Shown here one piece after another: positions 18,871-41,270 of a stretch of DNA of 64,000 nt. The notes beneath the pieces are model-generated. The model did not search any database. It was not told the DNA's origin and was given only the letters and a program-made list of their open reading frames with translations. The stretch is from NCBI RefSeq assembly GCF_009914755.1, contig NC_060942.1; one strand, 5' to 3'. Position 1 is the first letter of the stretch. Every line of letters begins with the position of its first letter. Both the position numbers and the translations under genes were made by a program. The DNA comes from the human T2T-CHM13v2.0 reference genome, Homo sapiens.

Positions 18871-19289
18871 TGAATGCTTCCCCCTTCTTAAAAAAAAAAA
18901 AAACTCTACAGCTGTATTAGGGAGAAATAATTAGGAGGGGAAATACTGGTTAGTCATGAATCCTCACACTGGGCCACAATTGGAAAGATAAAGACCACAA
19001 GTCCATTTTAAGGACTAGTTGTAGTATGAAAGAGGAAACTGCCACAGAAAATGCAGTTTCTAGTGTGGGTCTTCATGCTTACTATCCAATGTACCTGTCT
19101 GGTTATAGCTTGAACATAACGAAAGAATAGGAGAATGGTAAGAAAAGGAATATAGTTTTCAAATCTATAAATTATTTGATTTGAGATTTTGAATCATTTC
19201 AGAAGTCTTTCCCCCCTAGATTTTCATGTTTCTTTTGATAATTTGAAATCTCATAATTTGAAATAATATTTTCAAATTAAAATCTATAA

Positions 19290-19622
19290 CAGCAGTCCCA
19301 ACCTTTTTGGCACCAGGGACCAGTTTCGTGGAAGACAATTTTTCCATGGGTTGGGGTGGGAGGATGGTTTGGGGATGAAACTTTCACCTCAGATCATCAG
19401 ACATTAGATTCTCATAAGGAGCATGCAACCTAGAACCCTCGCATGTGCAGTTCACAATAGGGTTTGAGCTGCTATGAGAATCTAATGCCGTTGCTGATCT
19501 AACAGGAGGCTGAGCTCAGGTGGTAATGCTTGCTTGCCGCCACTCACCTCCTGCGGTGTGGCCCAGTTCTGAACAGGCCATGGATCGGTACCAGTCCGTG
19601 ACCCGGGGGTTGGGGACCCGTG
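19290..19622. mobile_element. MER1B (hAT-Charlie non-autonomous element)
   Basis: cagcagtcccaacctttttggcaccagggaccagtttcgtggaagac...ggttggggacccgtg, inverted termini, ~333 bp. Confidence 0.85.
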
Positions 19623-19705
19623 CTGTATAAGGTGAAAATGAAGTTGCAGACCCACAAATAGTTGGTATGTGTGTACAAACAGGATAAAACAGAAATGGAC
19701 TTGTA

Positions 19706-20028
<323 letters not shown>

Positions 20029-20139
20029 TTATGCTCCTGATGTGTCCATTTTAGTTCCTAAAGAAACTGGATGAGATTAATTTTTAAACAAAGCAAAGTT
20101 AACAGAATAATCAAGTAACTCTTCTCTTCTTTTAAATAG

Positions 20140-20325
<186 letters not shown>

Positions 20326-23128
20326 CAGTCAGTACTTCCTGATGGTATTGTCCTAAACTGGTGATGCTCAAGCATTATACTGTGGAATACTGCCTTTTGA
20401 CAAAAATACTCATGCCTTTACAATTGTTAGTAAAGTTCGATTATAGTTGGTTATGTAGTAAACACTGTCATTTTATAAAAAATGAGAATTATTTTGGATC
20501 TTAGATCCAAACACAGTTTCTAATAGAAAACTATTATTTATATTGGGAAAGGTAACTATTGCATTAGAGCATGTTGGCAGACTGGTAGGTATTTAAAAAG
20601 TTGAGAATCTGCTAACAGCGCTGGAAGTTGTTAGCGCTCTAAGTAATAAGATAACCACTAGTATTCAAATCTCTTTCAGGTTTTATTAAAAAATATATAT
20701 CAATAAACTAAAAGGTTCAATTCCTACCAAATAGTTTCTAATGTGGGAGAAAAACTTGGCACAAAATTTCTTCAGTTTATTATCTGTAAATTGTACAGTT
20801 TTCTTTTTGAAAGTTTTAATATTGTCTTCCTTTTTAATAACTTATTTTATACATATTGTGCAGATGTAAATCTTGTAATTAATGGTCAAACTGTATAAAG
20901 GGATTGGTAGTCAAAACATGTACAAAGAAATACCTGTAAAACTGTTTTGTCTCATGTTTTATTGGACCAAAGTTGTGGTTTGTATGGAGTGTAGTAGTAG
21001 TGTGTACAGGTAGAAAACTTTTAAATACAGCATGCAGGTGTTTCAGTTAGCTTGTTTTCATCACCATAACTGCAAAGATGTGGCTTAGTTGTATTGCATG
21101 CTTCCTATAATTTAACTCTCCATAATTGATGCCTGCAGTAGTGTAAGGCATTTCATACTAGTCTCCTCTAGTAGACCTGTGACTTACTGTGTTGGACATA
21201 TTATTTAGACTTAGTCATACAAAGAAACTTAGCTCTTTTTTCATCTCACAGTAAAGCCTATTTCCCCAGGAAAAAAATAAATGCCTTTGAATGAAAATTC
21301 TGAAATTGTAAATGTCTATTTTAATATTCACCTATGAAAGAATCTGTGAATATATGTAAATACGTTTAATAAATTTTATTGGTCATGTTAAATCATTGTA
21401 AAACTTTTTTACATTGCTTAATGTTTTAAGCTTAATAGCCTTTGCACTTTTAAAATAAAAACCAAGTATGCAAATCAAAGATATTTGGTAGTCAAAATAA
21501 GTAAAAGAAATATAGGAATATTCCAGTCAATCTCTGAAATGTTTATGAAAAACAGGTTAATATGTTGTATTTTTTTCCTTGTATCAAGATGCAAAACATA
21601 ATTTGCAAAATTTTATAATTGAAATAAAACTTGGTATGCTGTTTTATAATAAATTAGCAATATACTTTAAAAAAAATCCAGTTTCTCCTATAACATGATG
21701 TAAATTAAATATTCAGGAATATTTCAGGTCTGAAATCTGCTGCTGAACTTGTTAGACATTTTTGAAAGGAAAATTAGGTTAGCGTACAATTTATCATAAA
21801 TATATGAGGTAAAATTTGCAAAACTTTCCACAGTACTTTCTTGAATTATAATACTGAATGTTTTCTGTTCCGATAGAGAAAAGTGAAGCAAATATGTGAG
21901 GAATGAAGTGATCTAGTGCAAGTTGGTAATTCCAGCTAATGGGAGAGAATGTAAATGTGCAAAGGTACATATTAAGCTTAGGGATTTTTGAATTTTTACG
22001 TCAGTTTATATTTTAATTCTTACTGTACTTGGCATGCGCAATAAAGCAGCACATGTAAAAAAAAAAATACACAGTGCAAGGACTTTATTATAAAGGTTGG
22101 ATGTAGTTTTCCTTAGAAATTTAGGTGAGAGATTTTGGCCTTTTTTATTGGATAAATTGGGCCAGAAAGGCAGGGTAGATTTCGAAGCACTGGTTCTGTT
22201 GAAGTTAAGTTTATTAAGCCTGGGAACATTAAAAGCTAATTTATAAAAGCAATACTTTTTAATATGAAAACTTACTGCAAAGTTTGTTTATACTTTTGCC
22301 TAAAAAGGAAATTGGATGGGATACTGTGGCAAATCATAAAAAACCAGATAATTGAACTTTGAAGTTATAGAAAATCAGAGAGGGGTAAGTTTATAGGGCA
22401 TTTTGTTCTGATGGTTCAACCAGAGGTCTGGGAAATAGCACTGTTGGCCCAAACAGAACAGGCTTTTAGAAGATAAAAGCGACAAGAAGGAATCTGGTGA
22501 ATTTTAGTCATCCCAGCTTTTTAGTCTTAACCACAGTTCTCACTCTCTTAAATGGTACCTCAAAAAGCTGGAGCCTCTCTGCCATGATTATGCTTCTACA
22601 AATTTCTTTTATAAAGAGACTCAAAGCTAATGATAGCTTAAAAGAAAAGTTAATGCCTTCTCATTGGAAATGTATAATCAAATAAGTAGTTAAGGGCTTT
22701 TGGTATTAAAGATATTCTGAAGCTCTGAAATGCTAGAAAAAAATTTGGAATGGAGTATATGCCTGAAAAGGTTTTGGATTCAGAAAGAAAAAGGATGGTT
22801 AGTTTAATCAGTGATTCTTTTTAAACTCTTCAAATATCATGAACAAGATACTAAATTGTACCTAAGGATTTGTATTTCTTTACAATTTGTTCTAAATATC
22901 TGTTTAATGACTAGTTGATATTTGTGCATGTTATTTAATAAAGAGTTATATTTTTATAGAAAAAAAGAGTGAAATGTGTGCTAACTGTTTTTTTACTTAA
23001 TTTTACTTGGGCAGCTAGCAAAATTGCAGAAATATGCATCCTGGGAAAAGAAACAGCCTTTGAAGAATTAGCCTTTCAAGTTCAAATCTATTTAATAATG
23101 AGAAGTCTCACAAGTGAATTTTTAAGTA

Positions 23129-23461
23129 CAGGCATACCTCAGACGTACTTTAGGTTCCAGACCATCTCAGTAAAGCAAATACCACAACAAAGCGAGTCAG
23201 GAGGAATTTTTTGGTTTCCCAGTGCATATAAAAGTTTTGTTTATACTATATTAAGTGTGCAATAGCATTATGTCTAAAAATATGTACATAAGTTTAAAAA
23301 TATTTTATTGCTAAAAATGGTAACAAAGTGAGCACATGCTGTTGGAAAAAGAGCACCAATAGACTTGCTTGAAGCAGGGTTGCCACAAACCTTCAATTTG
23401 TAAAAAACGCCAATATGTACAAAGCACAATAAAGCAAAGCACAATAGAACAGGATTGCCTG
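23129..23461 (-). mobile_element. Internally deleted Tigger1 (MITE-like) in the 3'UTR
   Basis: ta|caggcatacctc ... gattgcctg|ta; both Tigger1 termini with TA target duplication. Confidence 0.82.
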
Positions 23462-24124
23462 TATTAGACATGCTACAAACTTCATAACTGGAAACATCTC
23501 AAAGACCCCATGAAGCTCATTTGAATGGGACTTAACAATTAGACAGTTATTTTAGAAATTGAGTGCAGACCTAAATACATAGTTTTCCAAAAAGAAAATT
23601 ATTGTCTCTGATATCTTAAAACATAAAAACCCAAAATTTTATATAGAAGAAATTGACTCTGTAAAACGCAATGAAATAGTCCTCTTTTTAAACAGTTTAA
23701 AGGAAGCATTTTCACCGTTTGTAAAAATTATTTTTAAATATTTAGGGCAAAATTTTTGTTAGATAATAATGGAAAAGCTTGTGTGAGTTTAGTGGTTAAA
23801 ATACCTTGTAATTCATCATTATTTAAGTGACTTCTTGGGAGCCGTCTTTGTACCTAAAATGGAGTTTTTTTTTAAGCCTCCACAGAGATAGTCACCCAAA
23901 GTATTTCCAGTCAGTAAAAGTAGAATTCATAGAAAAAACTGAGGCAAATTAAAACAATTCCATTAATCAAAATGGCTTTAAACAAATTAAGTATTAGCAT
24001 AAAAATAGCAAAAAGTACAACTAAAAAAATGGTTGGGTTTTCCCAGTGGTTAAATGCTATATAATAACTGCAAATAAAAGTTTTTTTGTACATGGACAGC
24101 GTCCTCATAAAAGAAAATAGGCCA

Positions 24125-24650
<526 letters not shown>

Positions 24651-24789
24651 GTATATCACATATGTAGCATGTGTTTACAAGTTTAAAAGGCACCACCTAT
24701 GCACTCATCACTCAAGAGAATATCAATAACTTTCTCAGTTTTTTTTCATTGTTATAGTCTGTATTCAATAAAATTACCCAGATCTTAAC

Positions 24790-25970
<1,181 letters not shown>

Positions 25971-26500
25971 AGTGACTAGTTTCCTCACCTTTTAACAATT
26001 CCTTTACATTGATAACGATCGTCCCAGAGTATTTAGTAGATGTCTTAAGTCACCCCAAAAAACAAGTTTTTCCCTTTAATAACTAGCAATCATGAGGCCA
26101 CATGGGTACACAATACCTTTAGGTCTCAGGAGCACCACCTCTATTCATTGTAAGGCCATTTGTATTTGACATTCAGAAGTTTTCAAAACCCCCTCCTGAA
26201 TTAACCTATTACTTCTTGACACCCTTTCCATATTGCCTGAGTTGTAGAACAAGTATTTATGTCGTTCTTAATACTGTGTGTTTTTTAAGCACAGGGTGGA
26301 TAGTCATGAAAAAGTCCGGTATCATAAGTGAACTTTAGAAAGGAGATGAATTGTCTGAACCGGGTCATGTGGGCAAGTTTCCAGCCGTCCTGCTGATTTA
26401 CATGCATCTATGCATGAAATCAACCAGCACACACTTAGGACTCCATGGGGTGTGTCAGGATATGTGTCATTTGAGGATTTACACAGCATTTACCTCGGTC

Positions 26501-29092
<2,592 letters not shown>

Positions 29093-29366
29093 GACTTAGC
29101 ACTTCTATAAAATAAAGGTGAGCTAAAAATACATTATACATTTGCACAATGAGTTACTGTGTAAATATAACAGAAGGGAAAGAAACTATACTTATATGGT
29201 TGGTTGATTGGATTTTGCCAAATTTAAATGGAAACCTAAATTTACCCCCACACCAATTCCTTGATGGCTGCTGGTGCTATATAAGAATTAAATTCCCCCG
29301 TGGCTTCCTGAATTGGAGATCTGACACTTTGCTTTAATGCTTTACACTGTAGGCACAATTTTCTAA

Positions 29367-29544
<178 letters not shown>

Positions 29545-29946
29545 TGTTGTTTATTTCTGAACAGCTGTGGCTATTAGAAAACTCTTTCCTCCAGAGCCTC
29601 AACCCCCATCCCATGTTGACATGACTGCCCTCTGGAACAACACTTCTGGTAAGAAAAATATTCTACAGATGTGTTATATAAACAGATAATATAAATAATA
29701 ATGGTTTAAATATACATTCTCTAATGGGCTAAACAAAAAAAAATATGTTATTAGTACAGAACAAATAGATCAAATTGAGAGAATCCTGAAACAGATTCAT
29801 ATATATTGAACTTTTGTACCATGATATAGGCAGTATTTCCGATTGGTGTGTAACAGACAATAATGATTACACATGGTACTGGGTCAGTTGGAAGACATAA
29901 AATGATAGATCCCTACTTCATGACAAATTCAAATATAACTTCATAT

Positions 29947-31429
<1,483 letters not shown>

Positions 31430-31555
31430 ACATGGATGAAAGATAAACTGTTCATTCAGCAGTTTTTTTTTTAGCCCTTACTATGTGCCAGATGTTATGC
31501 TAGGCGCCAAATAGATGTGGTTCCTGCCTTCATAGAGCTGAAGTCTACATATGCG

Positions 31556-31683
31556 GAGTGACTATAGAATTTGTCATCCAAACTGGGACATTTTTAATGA
31601 GTGAAAGGAAGCTCTATTAAAAAGTACATCATGACAGTAGGTGTAAATAGAGTCTGTTTGGGGCAAACTGGACAGTATGGGCA
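31556..31683. mobile_element. MER94-like hAT-Blackjack relic
   Basis: gagtgactata...catccaaactgggaca...ggcaaactggacagtatgg. Confidence 0.6.
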
Positions 31684-31995
31684 GAGCTGCCTTAGCCCCA
31701 ACCAGGAGGGGCCCCTGCCCTAGACTTTGTGCTTTAGAGGTCCTCACAGGATGGGGTATCTGCCAGGCAAGGGAACATGCTCACTGACTCCACACGCACT
31801 CCTCTAGCCCCTTTCTTGACCATGCTACAAGTTTCCCGGACTCTAATTCCCTACCCAGTTAACCCTGAAGCTACTTTCAGGGTCCGTATGGTTCCTTCCT
31901 CTGGATCTGTTCTCTGAGGGTGAATTTCTCTGCAGGTGTGAACACCCAAGTGGTGGCCAAGGTGCTGCTGTTTTGAAGAGCGTGCACAGAATTGG

Positions 31996-32336
31996 GACAT
32001 TCATGCAAGATGACATCCATGCAAGGCAACATTCATGGAAGGCATCATTCATGGAAGGCATCATTCATGCAAAGCAACATTCATGCAAAGTGTCATTCAC
32101 AGGTGTAATTCATGGAAGGAGACATTCATGCAAGGGGATGTTCATGCAAGGTGACATTCAGACAAGGTGTCATTCACTGAAGACATAATTCATGGAAGGT
32201 GTCATTCCCACAAGGCAACATTCTTGCAAGATGACATTCATGCAAGGTACAGAATCATCATTCATGGAAGAGGACATTCACGTAAGGTGTCATTCATTCA
32301 AGGTGACATTCAAACAAGGTGACATTCACACAAGGG
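31996..32336. repeat. 16-bp minisatellite, ~21 diverged units, consensus GACATTCATGCAAGGT
   Basis: units counted by hand: 20 of 16 nt, one of 13 nt, plus an 8-nt insert. Confidence 0.93.
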
Positions 32337-32404
32337 TCCTTGAGGTGTAGAACAGAGCTGGCAGTGAGAAGAGAAGGGAAACATCATAGAGACTTGTACT
32401 CCAT

Positions 32405-33445
32405 TGAAACTGCCTTTGTAAAAATTATAACAGTGAGAAAATTATGACAGTGAAAGAGATCTGATCTAATCAACCCTCATCTTGATTTTAACCTCCAAAC
32501 TGCCCTTAGTCATTCCTGGGCTTGGGCTAACCTAACTTTGGGAGAAATTTGGATTATACTTTAAATGATAATAGCTCTTCCCCCAAACTAAACTGCCTTT
32601 GTAAAGCTAATGAAAGACCACCAGGTTAGGAGAATGAGAGGAGCCTGAATTCTGCTAAGGGGTAGCTACAAATGACGAGCCATTATTATAGATCTCACAA
32701 GATTCACAACTTCCCTAATTACTCCTGCAGATAACATCACTGTTATAGAACTTAACGTTGGCCTTTTGGGATGTCTTTTCAGGTTTTTGCACTTTTTTTT
32801 TTTGAGGCAGATTCTTGCTCTGTTGCCCAGGCGGTAGTGCAGTGCAGTGGTGTGATCTCGGCTCACTGCAACCTCTGCCTCCCAGGATCAAGCAATTCTC
32901 CTGCCTCAACCTCCTGAGTAGCTGGGACTACAGGCATGCACCACCACATCTGGCTAATTTTTTGTATTTTTAGTGGAGACAGGGCTTCGCCATTTTGGCC
33001 AGGTTGGTCTTGAACTCCTGACCTCAGGTGATCCGCCCAGCTCAGTCTCCCAAATTGCTGGGATTACAGGTGTGAGCCACCGTGCCTGGCCAGGTTTTTG
33101 CATTTCTGACAACTGATGGCTCCACCTGGATCTACCAACTGGCCCTGCAGCCCCACCCAGAAGTAGACTCAGCACATGAGAACCATTTTCCACACCCATG
33201 CAACTGTATCCCCAACCAGTCAGCAGCACTCATTCCCTTGTCTGCCAAACTATCACTGAAAAACCCTAGCCTCTGAATTCAGAGACGCTGATTTGAGTCA
33301 TAATAAAACTCTGGTATCCCATAAAGAGTTTAATTCATGCAGCCATCTCTGTGTGAATTAAACTCTTTCTCTGTTGCAATTCCCCTGTCTTGATAAATTG
33401 GCTCTATATGGGCAGTGGGCAAAATGAATCTATTGGGTGGCCATA
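32405..33445 (+). mobile_element. LTR8A-like solo LTR with an antisense AluS (32793-33090)
   Basis: tgaaactgcctttgtaaaaattataacagtgagaaaattatgacagtgaaagagatctg start; Alu TSD caggtttttgca. Confidence 0.82.
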
Positions 33446-33937
33446 CTATAATTTTACTCTATTTTTACTCTGAAAATCAAGAGCTATTAGAAAACTCTAT
33501 CTGTCAGGATAGAGAAAAGAGACTACCATTGCTACACAGTCTGGATTAGGAGAATATCTGGGAATTCATCTGCTTTTTGCACAAATTCACCAATCTGAAA
33601 TACTGATTCTACCATGGTATTAAAGTTGAATAGATATGAATGTGTTTTAGGATTCGCTCTATTTAATCTATTTGTTTGCTACCAATATGAAATCATTTTT
33701 ATATGTCATATAAAATGATTTTTATATGACATATAAAAAATATAAAAGAAATATTTATATATTCTTTTATGTGTCAGTTCAATACGACCCTTTTTTAAAA
33801 AAAATCTCATGCCTGTTCCTAAATATTCAGTCTTCAGTTGAAATTTTAAATCAACTTGTTCAAATTAAAAAAAAAAAAAAGTACATTAGGATTGTTTGAA
33901 GCATCCATGAGAGTCCATGGGCACTTGCCATCTCCTA

Positions 33938-35570
<1,633 letters not shown>

Positions 35571-36133
35571 CCTCTAGTGGAAAGTCTTCAAAGTTCTGAA
35601 AGGCTTTTTGTATTAGATTTCTATTGCTGCTACACTAGTATCAAATTACTACATATCAAATTACTAATAAACTGGGCATAGTGGCATGAGCTTGTAATTC
35701 TAGCTACTTGGAAGGCCGAGATGGGAGTATTGCTTGAAGTCAGAAATTTGAGACCAGCCTGGGCAACACAGCAAGTCTCTAAACAAAAACGAACAAACAA
35801 AAATTACTAATAACAAATTACTATAAATTTAGCAGGTTAAAACAACACACTGGGTCTGGTGCAGTGGCTCATGCCTATAGTCCCAGTGAGAGGTGACAAC
35901 ATGCTAGTAGCCCTTGCTCGCTCTCAGCCCTCCTTGGCCTCAGAGTCCACTCTGGCCATGCTTGAGGAGCCCGTCAGCCTGCCGCTGCACTGTGGGAGCC
36001 CCTCTCTGGGCTGGCCGTGGCTGCAGCTGGCTCCCTCTGCTTGCAGGGAGGTGTGGAGGGAGAGGCACAGGCAGGAACCAGCGCTGCGCATGGCACTCAT
36101 GGGCCAGTGCAAGTTCCAGGTGGGCGCTGGCTC

Positions 36134-36214
36134 GCGAACCCATTCCAGGGCGCCCTGCCCTTCACAAAGAAAACTTTCCTCTGGGCTCCTGCCGGCTTCT
36201 CCCGGATCTGTCGC
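36134..36214 (-). pseudogene. 28S rRNA fragment embedded in LTR12 U3
   Basis: reverse complement gcgacagatccgggagaagccggcaggagcccagaggaaagttttctttgtgaagggcagggcgccctggaatgggttcgc matches recalled human 28S; last 40 nt identical. Confidence 0.85.
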
Positions 36215-36659
36215 AGGCTCGGTGGGCCCCACACTCAGAGCGGCCGGCTGGTGCCACTGGCCCCAGGCAGTGAGGGGATTAGCACCCGGGCCAGCAGATG
36301 CAGAGGGTGCACCGGGTTCCTCAGCACTGCCCGCCGGCCCACGCCGCACTGGAATTCTCGCCGGGCCTCAGCTGCCTCCCCGTGGGGCAGGGCTCGGGAT
36401 CTGAAGCCCGACATGCCTGAGCCCCCCAACCCCTGCCCTGTGGGCTCCCTCGCAGCCTGAGCCTCCCCGACGGGTGCCACCCCTGCTCCGCGGCCCCGTC
36501 CCATCGACTGCCCGAGGGCTGAGGAGTGCAGGCACGGGGCACAGGACTGGTGGGCTGCTCCGCCTGTGGCCCTGGTGGGCAGGTGATCCACTAGGGGAAG
36601 CCAGCTGGGCTCCTGAATCAGGTGGGGACTTGGAGACCTTTTCTGTCTAGTGGGAGGAT

Positions 36660-37065
36660 TGTATATGCACCAATCAGCACTCTGTGTCTAGCTCAGGGTT
36701 TGTGGATGCACCAATCAGCACCCTGTATCCAGCTAATCCAGTGGGGACTTGGAGAACTTTTATGTCTAGCTAAAGGTTTGTAAATACACCAATCAGCACT
36801 CTGTGTCTAGCTAAAGGTTTGTAAATGCACCAATTGGTGCTCTGTGTCTAGCCAATCTAGTGGGGACTTGGAGAACTTTAATGTCTAGCTAGAGGATTGT
36901 AAATGCACCAATCAACACTCTGTGTCTAGCTAGAGGATTGTAAACGCACCAATCAGCACCCTGTCAAAATGGACCAATCAGCTCTCTGGAAAACGGATCA
37001 ATCAGCTCTCTGTAAAATGGACCAATCAGCAGGATGTGGGTGGGGCTCCATAAGGGAATAAAAGC
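36660..37065 (+). promoter_or_regulatory. LTR12 U3 enhancer/promoter: tandem CCAAT (NF-Y) repeats and a TATA-like AATAAAA
   Basis: at least 9 CCAAT in caccaatcagcac-type repeats between 36670 and 37026; gggaataaaagcaggc near 37057. Confidence 0.75.
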
Positions 37066-37560
37066 AGGCTGCCCCAGCCCCAACGGCAACCCGCTCAGGT
37101 CTGCTTCCACACTGCAGAAGCTGTGTTCTTTTGCTTTTTGCACTAAATCTTGCTGCTGTTCACTCTTTGGGTCCACACCGCCTTTATGAGCTGTAACACT
37201 CACTGTGAAGGTCTGCAGCTTCACTCTTGAAGCCAGCGAGACCACAAACCCACCGGGAGGGACGAACAACTCCAGACAGGAGCAACAAACAACTCCAGAT
37301 GCGCTGCTTTTAAGAACTGTGACACTCACTGAGAAGGTCTGCAGCTTTACTCCTGAAGCCAACAAGACCATGAACCCACCAGAAGGAAGAAACTCCAGAC
37401 ACATCTGAACATCTGAAGGAACAAAGTCCAGACACATCATCATTAAGAACTGTAACACTCACCGCGAGGGTCCACGGCTTCATTCTTGAAGTCAGCGAGA
37501 CCAAGAATCCACCAATTCCGGACACACCAGCATTTTGGGAGGCAAAGGCAGATGGGCTCA

Positions 37561-37743
<183 letters not shown>

Positions 37744-37809
37744 TCACCACTGCACTTCAGCCTGGGTGACAGAGTGAGACCCTGTCTCAACTAAAAAAAA
37801 AAAAAACTC

Positions 37810-38300
37810 TTCTGGAGGCCAAAGTCTGGCACAGCATGGCTGTGTTCTCTGAGATCTCTCAGGAATCTTGAGACTGGAATCAAGGAGTCCACCTAGCTGA
37901 ATGAGCCTGGTCTGGAGGCTCCTAGGAAAACTCCATTTCCAACCTCCTTCTTGTTAGCAGTTATTCAGCTCCTTGCAGTTGTAGGACTGAAGTCACTGTT
38001 GCCTGGCTGACTGTTAGCTAGGGTTGTTCGGATCCTAAAGGTCACCTGTGTCCTTGACACAAGGCCTCCATTTTCAGGCCATTCTCGTGCATTAAATTTC
38101 TGACTTACACAATCTCTGTGAGAGGCTCCTGTGATTAGGCCAGGCCTACCAAACAATCTCACTATCTTAAGATCAACTAATTACATCTGCAAAACTTCCT
38201 TTACTATAGTGACAGAGTGATATCTCATCATCTTCACAGGACCTGCCGAGGTTCAAAGGATGAGATCACACCTGGGGAAAGGTCACTTTAGAATTCTGCT
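37810..38300. mobile_element. MLT1/MaLR-like LTR relic, beginning near 35610 and split by FLAM, Alu and LTR12
   Basis: tgtattagatttctattgctgc...ttaaaacaacac start; cagctccttgcagttgtaggactgaagtc internal motif. Confidence 0.55.
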
Positions 38301-38834
38301 TACTGCATTGTGAAACTGAAATCCTATTCCCCTTAAAATTCAGATCTTCTCTTTTTTTGGCAACATATAAATCCATGTGGCCTTCCTGGAAAACAAAATT
38401 TAAGAATGTATTCTAGCAAAAAATGAAGAAACAAAGTGGAGAGGTTCTATGAATGCTAATGGCTTCCAAAAGACAGCAGATATGTATTGTACTCACAGCC
38501 CAGGAAGGAACTGGAAGAGACAATGGCTGTGCTCAAGGCACATGTCTGGTAAAGTAAAATGTCCTGTTTGTGTTGCAAATACGGAGAAAGCAGGTGCAAT
38601 TTCAAGTAACAGGTGGAATATAAGAAACAATGACTTTAAAACTAAAGTCAAACCTCTGTTGCTTAAAGTAATTCATTCAGATGAGAAGACAAATGTGATG
38701 CTTTGAATTCACACATGTATACTTTTAATTTTTAAATGTATAATAGTACCGCCGAGAATCATTTTCTCTGGTGTGCATACTTGCTTTGTACCCTAAAAGA
38801 GAGTTGACATTTTGCTTAAGGATTGACAATTTCT

Positions 38835-41270
<2,436 letters not shown>

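Larger units (their letters stand above)
35887..37526 (+). mobile_element. LTR12 (ERV9) solo LTR, 1640 bp, inserted into an AluJ (35851-35886 and 37527-37805)
   Basis: tgagaggtgacaacatgctag start, ccaattccggacaca end; 4-bp TSD ccag (35883-35886 / 37527-37530); the Alu reads through across the insertion. Confidence 0.95.

Noticed and set aside
20611-20635. 9-bp hairpin gctaacagc/gttgttagc in the 3'UTR
   Set aside because: Short enough to be chance, and no recognised IRE, SECIS or CDE motif
22040-22067. AATAAA followed by a genomic A-run, suggesting a retrocopy end
   Set aside because: No TSD or identifiable parent; more likely UTR sequence and an oligo-dT internal-priming hazard
31973-32336. 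CRISPR-like array or repetitive 71-aa protein
   Set aside because: Contiguous 16-bp units without unique spacers, no cas genes, eukaryotic context; the ORF is a by-product of the repeat
35859-36591. GC-rich overlapping ORFs or a CpG-island gene start
   Set aside because: Entirely inside LTR12 U3; GC richness explains the scarcity of stops
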